A DNA stretch of 64,000 bases from NCBI GenBank assembly GCA_044361555.1, contig JBIKIO010000001.1:8393-72392 (forward strand), given 5' to 3'. The notes beneath the pieces were generated by a model that was given only the letters and a program-made list of their open reading frames with translations, had not been told where the DNA came from and made no database searches. The stretch's first letter is position 1, and each line of letters starts with the position of its first letter. A program made the position numbers and the translations under genes. Positions 10,121-19,010 of the stretch are shown in pieces. This stretch comes from Opitutales bacterium (GTDB lineage Bacteria > Verrucomicrobiota > Verrucomicrobiia > Opitutales > UBA953).

Positions 10121-12867
10121 AGCAGTTGCTTCAGCGAGTCGATCGCGGCGTTGATTTCATCGATCAGGGGGGATTCCATCGGGTTACGGCAGCGGAGGTA
10201 GGTGACCCTGGCCGCCGCAAGCCTGCGGGATGCTTCCGACTTGAACTGCCCCCAGGAACGAAGCTTCTCGGCCGCGATCGGATTGGCGCGCAGGAGATCT
10301 TCTCCCGCGAGAGCGTCCTCAAGCGAGTGGATTGCCCGCTCCAGGACCACCACGGCTGCCTCCGTGCCCTTGACCTTAGTCCTGAGGCCATCGATGGACT
10401 GCCCGTCGAGCAACGTATCGAGTTCGGATTCAAGCTTGGAGATTTCAGCATCTCCGTCGGTGAGAAGCCTCCTGGCTTCATTGACCTCGTCGATATCGGC
10501 CCTGATGGCCTTGGCCTCATCGAGGAGAGACCTAGCCAACTGACGGGGGTCGCCTGCTTTGATCATGTCGGCGAGCGCCTTCTCTTCCCTGGCCAAGGCG
10601 CGCGTGAGGTTATCTCGCTCCGCTTCAGCATTCCGCACGTTGACGCCTTCGGCTTTGATCGCCTCACGGCGTCGCGTGACTTCCGCGGCCTGCTCCGCGA
10701 CCAACTTCCTCTTGTCCGTTAGTCCGACGAGCGACCGCTCTAGGTTCAAAAGCTCACCCCGGACCTCCTGCTCATGGACGTCACACTGCGCATAAGCATG
10801 CTGGAGATTCAATGATTTGGTTTCCTTGGCATGCCTGAGGTCGGCAAGCGCCGCCATTTTGGCCGTCAAGGCATCGAAATACGCTACCCTTTCTGCGTCC
10901 AGGGAGATGGATTCGCCCAATCTCTCGATCTCCGCCTCCACCCGGGCGACCTCTCCTTCCAGACGTGACACGAGCTCGGCGGACTTGACGTGAGCTGCGG
11001 CGACCTCCGCCTCAGCCTGTCCGAGTTCTTGAATCCTCCTGACGAGGATGGCTTCCTGCGCCTTGACCCTGGCCAATTCGGCCTGTGCGTTGGAACTGAC
11101 GGTGCCATCAAGCATGCGGGCATAAGACTCGAAGAGCTGAATATGCTGCTGTAGTATTCTCTGCAGGCGCGACCAGTTAGCCGATTTTTCAGCTGAGCCG
11201 CGAATCGCTTCCCGGAAACCGGTTACGGTCTTTTCAAGATCATCCCTTGTCTGCTTGGCCTCGGCATGCAGAGGGGCCGCCATGTCGGTGGTTGACCTGA
11301 CCTCTTCTTCCATGGCCCGAAGGCTTTCATCGAGAGCCTTTGCGCGCTTCGAAAGTTCATCAAACATGCTCTGAGCATTCGCGTCATGAGCGGCCTTCTC
11401 CGCCTCGGCCGCCTGGGTCCAGGCTCCCTCAGCTTGGGCAGAAAAATCAAGATGCCTTTCTTTCTCATCCGCGATGAGTTCAGCCCTGACGACCGGTCCG
11501 AAGACGGCCACATGCTTGCGATACCCCTCGAATGATTTGAATTCAGGGATGATGACCGCTGAGACGCCGGAAAGCCCGTCGTCGCCCTGGGCGCAAGGAT
11601 CGACGAGAGCCCAGCCTGCCTGGTCCTGACCGGAGGCGTCGAAAAGGGCCGACTTGACGGCGCCGCCCCAACCGTCGTCATCAGGCATCTCCGGAACGAA
11701 TCGATAGCCCTGACGGACGGCCAAGCCACGACCTTCCAGTTGGGCCTCGATGATCCGGTAAGAACGTACATCGCGGAAAGATTCGAGTTCAGCGATGAAC
11801 TCAGAGCGGAAGGCGTAGATAGTGGCCCCGTAATCCGCCTCAGTCCAACGAGCGAAGGACAGGTTGCCCTGTCCTGATAACTCGGCTGCGTCCACGATCC
11901 TCGCCAAGGCTTTGAAGAAAAGCGGGGCCTTGTCGCTGATGACGTAAATCCTCCGGTCGTCCGCCAAGGCGCGGTCTTCCTTGGCCAGCCAGACCGGCAT
12001 GTCGACCGCTCCTTCGGCGAGGATGCCGGATGACGATTCTGGCAGAAGCGGCCTGTCCGGAGTATTGAGGCTGAGCTTGATGAACGAGCCGAGCCCGGAT
12101 TCGTCATCCCGGCTCCAACGGCACAGCGCCGTCTCAAGCGAACCATCATCGCCGCGGAAAGTAACCAAAGCCTTGTTCTCATCGGGATGCTCGCGGGCGA
12201 ATACCGGTACGAGGACGACGTCGTTTTCGGGCTCGAACATCCAACGGCAGGAGCTCCCCAGGTGCGTGAAGACCAGGCGGCGAGGATCATCTGACACGCG
12301 GATGACTTCGGCGCTGGGAAAGAGGGATTCAAGGGCTCCGCCTGGGAGACCCTCCTTGCCGAACTCGAGCATGACGCAGGTCATCGGACCCTTGCCGGCT
12401 GCCTCCATGGTGACGATGGCGGCGCGGGCGCCGTCGACGTGGGTGACTTCCTCCAGCAGCGACTCGAACCTACCTCTTCGGGATTCCAACATGAGGTGCC
12501 TCACCTCACCCCCTGCGCCGGGGGCCGGAGAGGCGATCCGATGAAGGGAATCACCTTCGCAGAAAGGAACATCCTCGAAGCCCAAAGGTAACGTCGACTT
12601 GGAGTCGGCTCCGAGCTCCTGAAGCAGATTGTCCCACATCGGGCCGGTCGCGTTGTCCAGACAAGCCTGGTCATTGACCACGAGGCAGTAGCCCTTGGAA
12701 TGGGGCCCACGACCACGGTGCATTTTGATTCCTCTCAGCACCCGCATGCGGTCTTCCAAGGCCAGACTGCGACCCTCGTTCCGGGCAAGCAGACGCTTGA
12801 CTAAGGCGAAGCAGGCTTTCTGCGAAAGACCAGGCCCGTTGTCCCCTTTGGAAGAAAAAGCTTTCAT
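10117..12867 (-). CDS. Uncharacterised 916-aa protein: globular N-terminal half plus long C-terminal coiled coil
   Basis: ATGA overlap with the upstream gene at 12864-12867. The N-terminal ~480 aa show no motif I recognise. The C-terminal ~430 aa are uninterrupted A/E/L/R/K-rich sequence, e.g. AEAEVAAAHVKSAELVSRLEGEVARVEAEIERLGE and RRREAIKAEGVNVRNAEAERDNLTRALAREEKALADM. Confidence 0.85.
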   Translation of the reverse strand: MKAFSSKGDNGPGLSQKACFALVKRLLARNEGRSLALEDRMRVLRGIKMHRGRGPHSKGYCLVVNDQACLDNATGPMWDNLLQELGADSKSTLPLGFEDVPFCEGDSLHRIASPAPGAGGEVRHLMLESRRGRFESLLEEVTHVDGARAAIVTMEAAGKGPMTCVMLEFGKEGLPGGALESLFPSAEVIRVSDDPRRLVFTHLGSSCRWMFEPENDVVLVPVFAREHPDENKALVTFRGDDGSLETALCRWSRDDESGLGSFIKLSLNTPDRPLLPESSSGILAEGAVDMPVWLAKEDRALADDRRIYVISDKAPLFFKALARIVDAAELSGQGNLSFARWTEADYGATIYAFRSEFIAELESFRDVRSYRIIEAQLEGRGLAVRQGYRFVPEMPDDDGWGGAVKSALFDASGQDQAGWALVDPCAQGDDGLSGVSAVIIPEFKSFEGYRKHVAVFGPVVRAELIADEKERHLDFSAQAEGAWTQAAEAEKAAHDANAQSMFDELSKRAKALDESLRAMEEEVRSTTDMAAPLHAEAKQTRDDLEKTVTGFREAIRGSAEKSANWSRLQRILQQHIQLFESYARMLDGTVSSNAQAELARVKAQEAILVRRIQELGQAEAEVAAAHVKSAELVSRLEGEVARVEAEIERLGESISLDAERVAYFDALTAKMAALADLRHAKETKSLNLQHAYAQCDVHEQEVRGELLNLERSLVGLTDKRKLVAEQAAEVTRRREAIKAEGVNVRNAEAERDNLTRALAREEKALADMIKAGDPRQLARSLLDEAKAIRADIDEVNEARRLLTDGDAEISKLESELDTLLDGQSIDGLRTKVKGTEAAVVVLERAIHSLEDALAGEDLLRANPIAAEKLRSWGQFKSEASRRLAAARVTYLRCRNPMESPLIDEINAAIDSLKQLL

Positions 12868-14354
12868 GCGGCTCCCTCCTGTCCGAACAAGGCCTTGACC
12901 ATATCGAAGCCGAGCGCCCCAGGCGCATCATGCTCGCTGACGATCGCTGACCTGACCTGATCGCTGGTGAAGCCGATGACGCGGGCGTTCAAGGTGCAGG
13001 CGCCCGGATCGGCCTGCACGTCGGCCCGGCAGACGTTCTCGCAGTCATCGGAACGCACGGGCGAGGGCTGGCCGAGACTGAGCAGCACCAGCATCGACGG
13101 CTCGGATTCCGGATGCGCGCTACCGCCTGTCTCTTTCAGACGTCGAAGCAGGACGCCCGAAAAGACCTGCGGGAAAGCCATCCAGAGGGCCTCGAAGCAG
13201 GAACGTGGGCTTCGTCTTGCCGCGGCGAGGAAATCCGGCGGCAACTTGCGCGCCATGCGGGCGGTACCGCCAAGGGAAAGGATGACCTTCACGTCGCAGT
13301 CGATAGGACTTTCTTCCATGGATTGGGCGAAATGGTGAAGGAAATAGACCATCGTCGCCCTGAAGAGATTGACCTGTGAGAACTCCCTGCCGTCGGAACC
13401 TACCGGAGGAACAGAACGCGCAAGCCGATCGTCATGCAGGGTCACCCTCACCTCCATCTTTCTGGACCTTTTGAAAGGGTCAGGCTGCGCATGGTATCTC
13501 TGGCTGATGTCGGATTCCACCACCTTGAGGGCAAACCTCAGCCTCAGCCTTTTCTTCAGCTCCTCGTCGACCCTTCCGCCTGCGTTGAGAAGCACGAGGT
13601 CGACGGGCGAGATTCGCGCCAGATTATCGGGAAGCGGACCGGGGGAACGTTCAAAGAAATCGCCCGCATCGCTGCGACGCTGCGAAGGATCCTTGTCCCC
13701 AGGACGGACGGAGACCGGAAGTTGGTTACGATCCCGATAAACCTCGAGTTCTTCGATGAGCGCGTCCAGCTGCTCATCGACGGGCGGGAGATCCTGGAAA
13801 AGAAAGATGTCGTTCATACGACTACGGAAGGAAGAGCTGAAAGGAATGACTTTCTCTCGTCCGGCATCGTCCGCCACGCATTGGTTCAGGTGATCCCAGA
13901 AAGGAGTCCAACGGGCCTTCTTGGCTGACTTGGGGGCCAGTGCTTTGAGCTCCTCGGCGACAAGCCGGTCCACCCCCGACATGACGCACTCCTCATACTG
14001 GGCTGAATTCCAATACTGATGGGCCGTGGACTTGAGATGCTGCGCGGTGGCCATGAGCAGCCCCTGGCCGTGATCAAGATCCCCGATACGTCCGGGAAGG
14101 GCGCGGCGTGCGACGGCCTCGAGCAGCTCCGTCCAACCCTCGCTTGAAGCGCGGCTCGAGTAACCGCCGGGAGTCAGCGCATTGATGGGCTTCGTCACCG
14201 CGACCAGGAGATCGAGCACCAGCAGTGGCGGCAGAAAAAGCCTCGCCGTCAGCAGCTTCTCGTAGAGCTCGGGGAAGGCGGCCACGACCACGCGAGAAGG
14301 CGCGGCCTTGCAATAGTTCCGGCCCAGGGTCTCGATGTCCCTCTGAAGGCTCAT
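12864..14354 (-). CDS. Uncharacterised 496-aa protein immediately downstream of the RavA/MoxR-like ATPase
   Basis: ATG at 14354-14352, 5 nt after the ATPase stop (14362-14360). It occupies the position a vWA partner (ViaA-like) has beside RavA/MoxR ATPases, but I see no DxSxS MIDAS motif. Confidence 0.8.
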   Translation of the reverse strand: MSLQRDIETLGRNYCKAAPSRVVVAAFPELYEKLLTARLFLPPLLVLDLLVAVTKPINALTPGGYSSRASSEGWTELLEAVARRALPGRIGDLDHGQGLLMATAQHLKSTAHQYWNSAQYEECVMSGVDRLVAEELKALAPKSAKKARWTPFWDHLNQCVADDAGREKVIPFSSSFRSRMNDIFLFQDLPPVDEQLDALIEELEVYRDRNQLPVSVRPGDKDPSQRRSDAGDFFERSPGPLPDNLARISPVDLVLLNAGGRVDEELKKRLRLRFALKVVESDISQRYHAQPDPFKRSRKMEVRVTLHDDRLARSVPPVGSDGREFSQVNLFRATMVYFLHHFAQSMEESPIDCDVKVILSLGGTARMARKLPPDFLAAARRSPRSCFEALWMAFPQVFSGVLLRRLKETGGSAHPESEPSMLVLLSLGQPSPVRSDDCENVCRADVQADPGACTLNARVIGFTSDQVRSAIVSEHDAPGALGFDMVKALFGQEGAA

Positions 14355-14359
14355 TCCGT

Positions 14360-15433
14360 TCAGTTGGCCAGGAAAGCCGAAACCTTTTCAGAAAGACCAC
14401 GTCGGCCCTGCCCCGAGCGAGCCACATGCCTGAAGACGAGGAGGTGTCCATCCGCACGCTTCGTATTGGAGGCGGCTTCATAAGGCTGCGTCGGATCCAT
14501 GCCGCGCACGAAATCGAGCGCGGCGGCGAAGAACCACAGCTGGGCCAGGGATCGGTCGGATAGCCGGGCGATGGCACGGCAGTCGTGGTACATGCCGATG
14601 AACTCACTCCATCGTTTGTCAGCGGCCTTGCCCGATGCGTCCCTGAGCATGGCATGAAGGATGGTGCGCCCGCAACGGAAGTGATTCGTCGTGATGACCG
14701 GCGAGGCCGTCTTGACCTTGCCCCGCCCCCACGTGCTCAGCAGTCGTTGACGGTCGCCGCTTACGGCTTTGTCGAGCAAAGGGAGTTCGAACTTTTCGGG
14801 ATTCGGTCTGTCCAGCAAAGGATCCACCCAGCACCGCACCGGGAAGCGGTCGAAGAAGGCCTGCATCTCCTCCTTGTCGGGCGGGTTGTTGGCGGCGCCG
14901 ACGACCGAGAGCAAAGGTACCGGCTTCAGACCCTCGCCGCTGTCATACCTCTTCTCGTTGATGATCGTGAGGAGCGTGTTCAGGATATGGCTTCCGCCAC
15001 GGAAGACCTCATCCAAGAAAGCCACCTCGGCGACGGGCATTTTGCCCTGGGTCACGCGACGCATCTTTCCTTCGACGAGACCGCCCAGGTCCATCGAACC
15101 AAAAAGCTCCTCAGGCATGGTATGGTTACTGATCAGGTAATCGAAGAACTTATCTCCACTGACCCCGGAGGCCTGCGCGACCGAACGGACGAGCAAGCTC
15201 TTCGCCGTACCGGGAGGCCCCATCAGGAGCACTGAAGTGCCCGAGAGAAGTCCAGCGGCGACGACGTCAATCTCCTCATCCCTTGAGACAAGCGTCCCCT
15301 TGACCGCCTTGGTCATGGACGAGATTTCGGACATCACCTTTGGCTTATGAGCCATCAGTTCGGGAGTTCGGGCTGGATCAGCCAGCAAAGCGGCCATCAT
15401 CGCCTCGAATTGATCGGGGGGTAAATCGAACAT
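14360..15433 (-). CDS. MoxR/RavA-class AAA+ ATPase
   Basis: Walker A VLLMGPPGTAKSLLVRS. Walker B and following helix VAFLDEVFRGGSHILNTLLTIINEKRY. Also VVGAANNPP and FFDRFPVRCWVD. The motif order closely follows what I recall of E. coli RavA (LLGPPGIAKS ... [23 protein letters not shown]). The track start 15472 is a TTG overlapping the upstream gene. The first ATG is 15433 (MFDLPPDQFEAMMAA). Confidence 0.9.
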   Translation of the reverse strand: MFDLPPDQFEAMMAALLADPARTPELMAHKPKVMSEISSMTKAVKGTLVSRDEEIDVVAAGLLSGTSVLLMGPPGTAKSLLVRSVAQASGVSGDKFFDYLISNHTMPEELFGSMDLGGLVEGKMRRVTQGKMPVAEVAFLDEVFRGGSHILNTLLTIINEKRYDSGEGLKPVPLLSVVGAANNPPDKEEMQAFFDRFPVRCWVDPLLDRPNPEKFELPLLDKAVSGDRQRLLSTWGRGKVKTASPVITTNHFRCGRTILHAMLRDASGKAADKRWSEFIGMYHDCRAIARLSDRSLAQLWFFAAALDFVRGMDPTQPYEAASNTKRADGHLLVFRHVARSGQGRRGLSEKVSAFLAN

Positions 15434-15464
15434 ACTGACAGTGTTATAGATAACCCTCAGGTGG

Positions 15465-16460
15465 CTATGCAATGGTGCGATTCAGGGTCGATTCCACCCA
15501 TCCGGCCTGTTCGTGAGCACAACCCGCCACGAGAGAGGAAAAATCCGCCAAAAACGCTTCTTTACGTTTGGGCTGAAGGTTTCGCCAGCCCACCCTCAAC
15601 CAGGTCGAGGCCAAGGCGCAGATCGCCAAAGGTACCCCGCCGGCTCCTTGAGCCGGAAGGCGGGCCTGACCTCCCGGAAGATAAGCCGAGATCAGAGGCG
15701 GCCACTCATCTGCCTTGTCCTTGCCGCCCGGTGAATTCCTGACGGCGGCCTGGAGCAGGCCATGGAAGGATTCGCATGAAAGCAAGTCCCTGCGCGTCCC
15801 CACGGAAGTCAGCGGCAACGATTTCGGGAGATTGCCCGACCTGAGGCCGGACAGCGCTTCGCTGAGCTCAACCAGTTCCGACTCAACATCTGTCAGCGCG
15901 ATTTTCTTTTGTTGGGCGAAAAGCGTCAGGTGACTCTTGGCAAAGGGTACGAGGCTCAGCAGCAAGGCGTCCGACAGAGTAGCGGCGGAAGCATGCTCAG
16001 CGACGACGAAGAGCACCGTGGGTGCGTCGAAGAGCGCATCCACGCTTCCGAGCGACGGACCACCCTTGCGGGAATGCTGCAGCGAAGCCTTGTAGAAGAG
16101 ATCGAGCCCAAGAGGGGTGACGTCGGGAAAATCGTTGGCACGACGAGGCATCCCGATGGAGACACCCAGACCGGAAGCGCCATCGATGACGCGGGAAGCA
16201 CGCAAAGAGGCGACCGATAAGAGGTCCGGCTTCAGGTAAAAACTGCTGGCCAGCCAATGGTTCGCGTCAGGTTGCCCTTTCTGGGTCGCCGTCTGCGAGC
16301 CATGGTCGATGCGGGCCAACGCCGCGATGACCGAACGGGGCAAAGCGTCATCGCTCTCTTCCCGGAAGGCGGCCACGATGGCATCCGTGATCACGGAGTG
16401 CTGAGCCAGCAGTTTACGCGACTTCAGCACGCGCTCCTCGATCGGACCGACGCGGCTCAT
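15465..16460 (-). CDS. Hypothetical protein, 331 aa
   Basis: An internal ATG at 16460-16458 forms an ATGA overlap with the stop of the upstream vWA gene (16459-16457). The longer track ORF (to 16637) would overlap that gene by 180 nt. No motif recognised. Confidence 0.7.
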   Translation of the reverse strand: MSRVGPIEERVLKSRKLLAQHSVITDAIVAAFREESDDALPRSVIAALARIDHGSQTATQKGQPDANHWLASSFYLKPDLLSVASLRASRVIDGASGLGVSIGMPRRANDFPDVTPLGLDLFYKASLQHSRKGGPSLGSVDALFDAPTVLFVVAEHASAATLSDALLLSLVPFAKSHLTLFAQQKKIALTDVESELVELSEALSGLRSGNLPKSLPLTSVGTRRDLLSCESFHGLLQAAVRNSPGGKDKADEWPPLISAYLPGGQARLPAQGAGGVPLAICALASTWLRVGWRNLQPKRKEAFLADFSSLVAGCAHEQAGWVESTLNRTIA

Positions 16461-17494
16461 CCCCTTCTCACGCGAAGCGATGTGGCGCCCGCACCTTTGC
16501 CCACGGCGAATTCGACCTCGCACTTGGGACATGCATGAATGAAGCCTTCCGGACCTTGCCTCACGCCTCCGGCGCAGGCGATCGTACCGCACTCGGGACC
16601 ACAGATGACATACTTGTCCACTCCGCAATAGGGACAAGCAGGGGGCGAAGAAACGATGGAGATATCGATGGCCTCGCCGACCCCGGCATCCTGGTCGGGC
16701 TCGATGTCGTCCGGCGAAAGGGCGTGGGAGCGATGAGCCTTGAAGGTCTCCTCCGACTCATCCCACTTGAAGTGCATGATGAAAGGGCGGCGCTTGGCTC
16801 CGCAGACGGCACGGAGATAGAAATCAGCGACGGCGCTGTCATCCGGAAGGTGCTTCGCATCGACCATGGTGACGCCGACCGGAAGACTTTCGAGCATGGC
16901 CCGCCCTCCCCTGTCATCCTGCGATCGGCTGGCCTCGGTGAGCGTCTCGCTCATCCAGAAGAAGAGACGATCAAGCACGCCCGCTTCCATCGACTCGGCC
17001 TTGAGCAGGATGTCTGATATCTTCGATAGCGAACGCAGGTCGGCGTCCTCGCCGCAGCCGACGACGTAGAAGTTGGCGACCAAGTCGCCGATGGTGTCCT
17101 TGTAGACCTTAAGCGACTTCTCGAAATCGTCCGTCGGTTTGCCGTCCGCAAGCAGGATGACGATCGGGCGCCAGTCTCCTCGCTGGACCCGGTCTCGACG
17201 GGACACCTCGTCCCGGATGCGAGCGGCAAGCAATTCCAGGGCCGCCCCCAAGGCGGTGCCGTTGCCAAGCCGCACTGAGGGCATCACCGCGTCGGGCAGT
17301 GCCGTCAGGGGCAGCAGCACCTTGGCGCGGCTGGAGAATCCGATGATCGAGATATGGACGGTCTCAAGCGCCTGAGGATTGACGCTGAGCCTGGAAAGGA
17401 TGCTCCCGATGCCACGCCGGGCGGCGGCCAGACCCTCTCCCACCATCGACTCGGAACAGTCGAGCAGGATGTAGACCGGGAGACGTCGGAGCAT
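16457..17494 (-). CDS. TerY-type vWA protein with C-terminal TerY-C-like zinc ribbon
   Basis: N-terminus MLRRLPVYILLDCSESMVGEGL (DxSxS MIDAS), then GNGTALG and ILLADGKPTDD. C-terminal Cys cluster: SPPACPYCGVDKYVICGPECGTIACAGG...HACPKCEVEF. Confidence 0.9.
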   Translation of the reverse strand: MLRRLPVYILLDCSESMVGEGLAAARRGIGSILSRLSVNPQALETVHISIIGFSSRAKVLLPLTALPDAVMPSVRLGNGTALGAALELLAARIRDEVSRRDRVQRGDWRPIVILLADGKPTDDFEKSLKVYKDTIGDLVANFYVVGCGEDADLRSLSKISDILLKAESMEAGVLDRLFFWMSETLTEASRSQDDRGGRAMLESLPVGVTMVDAKHLPDDSAVADFYLRAVCGAKRRPFIMHFKWDESEETFKAHRSHALSPDDIEPDQDAGVGEAIDISIVSSPPACPYCGVDKYVICGPECGTIACAGGVRQGPEGFIHACPKCEVEFAVGKGAGATSLRVRRG

Positions 17495-17499
17495 GTCAA

Positions 17500-19008
17500 T
17501 CAGGGAATGCGGATCAGGAGAATCCGACCGTCGGTATTCAACTGCAGCTGCATGTTGTTCACCACTTCCACTTTCTCCCCCAAGGGGATGGGCTTCTTGG
17601 CGCCGCGCTCGATCATCGTGTCGAAACCGATGTTCTCGAAAGCCCAGCCGGTCTGGGTGCGGATGAAACGGCCCTTGATGGGGCGACCGGCCGCGCTCAC
17701 GGACATGTTCTCGAAACCGATCTTACTCTCATGCCAGTTTCCAAGGACACGATCATGGACGACCGTAATGCTGGCGCCATCAGGCTCATACTTGCGAGCC
17801 TCTCCGGTACCTACGGGAGAATAGAAGGTACCCTGCGGATAGGAGTAGGAAGTAGTCCCGCAGAACGGGCACTGGTACTTTCCGAAATACGCGAAGGTCT
17901 TCTGCTGGCACTGCTTGTTGTTGCATGGCACCACCATCGCGAGCGTCTGTTCGATGCCCCGGATCCAATCCGTCGCCGATGGACGCTTGTTCGGATCATG
18001 CAGACCTTCGACAAATGCCCGGAGGAAGAGTTTAGCGAGAGGTTCACCACAGGCCGACATCGGTATCTTGTCGGTATCGCAATAGGGCAGGTAGTCGGCG
18101 TTGTCCTGGCTCTTCGCGTTGATGCGATTACGAGTATCCGTGGGATGTTCGACGAACAAGGCATCCGCGCCCATGAGCCTGACCTCATCGTTGCCTGCAT
18201 CCCCAGGATTCAAGGTTCCGGCGAGACGGCCGCGCAAAGGATGCCGATAGAGCAGGTATTGATAGATGAGCACCGCCAAGGCGTGAAGGTCGGTCTTCTG
18301 GCTCGGCTGCTCGCGTCCAGGACTCCCCAGCGGGATGTGCTGGGTCCGGTAGACCTCCGGCGCGATGAAGTCCGGCGTACCTACGACTTCGGGCGGGAAC
18401 ATCCCGACGACGACAAGCATGTCACAATCAATGACGCAGGCGGTTCCACCGACAGGATCAATGAGGACGTTGTTGTAAGATAAGTCCGAGTGAGCCACGC
18501 CCGCCTGATGCATCTTTGAGACCGCACGACACATCTCAAGGCAACAACGAAGATGATTCTCCCAGGTGCCAAGCTCATCGGGGTGCAAGAACTTACGGCG
18601 CAACTTCGAGGAGGCGAACCAGCGGCCTTTCTTCTCCTTGCCCTTGAGTTTCGGGCCGCCTGGCTTCGTGCCTACGCTGAAAAAATAATCCTTCTGATAA
18701 AGCGGTAGGATCACGAACTGCGTATCGTTACCCAGGCGCGGATGCCGTGCATCACCGGTCGTGAAGGGCAATCCCAGCACGCTGCCATAATAGTCCTCGT
18801 TGCCTCGAAGGATGGAGTCACGGTATACGCCGGTGATCTTCTTGAGTCGCAAGAGGTCGCGGGGCTTGAGCGGCGCCTTGAAAAAAGCGGCTACGTTTGC
18901 CTTGTCGTCACAGAACCAGACGTCCTTCATTCGTCCCGACTTCTCTTCAAGGTCGGTATTGATGGTATACTGGCGGCCATCGGCCGCCCTCAAGGTCATC
19001 TTAGGCAT
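17500..19008 (-). CDS. Ser/Thr protein kinase (TerY-P triad type) with zinc ribbon and C-terminal beta-rich domain
   Basis: Catalytic loop VAHSDLSYNNVLID, DFG-equivalent VIDCDMLVV, GTPDFIAPEV. After the kinase domain: CNNKQCQQKTFAYFGKYQCPFCG. ATG at 19008, 2 nt after the PP2C stop (TGACCATG). Confidence 0.9.
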   Translation of the reverse strand: MPKMTLRAADGRQYTINTDLEEKSGRMKDVWFCDDKANVAAFFKAPLKPRDLLRLKKITGVYRDSILRGNEDYYGSVLGLPFTTGDARHPRLGNDTQFVILPLYQKDYFFSVGTKPGGPKLKGKEKKGRWFASSKLRRKFLHPDELGTWENHLRCCLEMCRAVSKMHQAGVAHSDLSYNNVLIDPVGGTACVIDCDMLVVVGMFPPEVVGTPDFIAPEVYRTQHIPLGSPGREQPSQKTDLHALAVLIYQYLLYRHPLRGRLAGTLNPGDAGNDEVRLMGADALFVEHPTDTRNRINAKSQDNADYLPYCDTDKIPMSACGEPLAKLFLRAFVEGLHDPNKRPSATDWIRGIEQTLAMVVPCNNKQCQQKTFAYFGKYQCPFCGTTSYSYPQGTFYSPVGTGEARKYEPDGASITVVHDRVLGNWHESKIGFENMSVSAAGRPIKGRFIRTQTGWAFENIGFDTMIERGAKKPIPLGEKVEVVNNMQLQLNTDGRILLIRIP

Positions 19009-19010
19009 GG

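Noticed and set aside
11223-12332. The 369-aa minus-strand ORF in an alternative frame inside the 916-aa gene
   Set aside because: It is S/P/R-rich and low-complexity, and it is fully nested in the longer ORF, whose junctions are translationally coupled on both sides.
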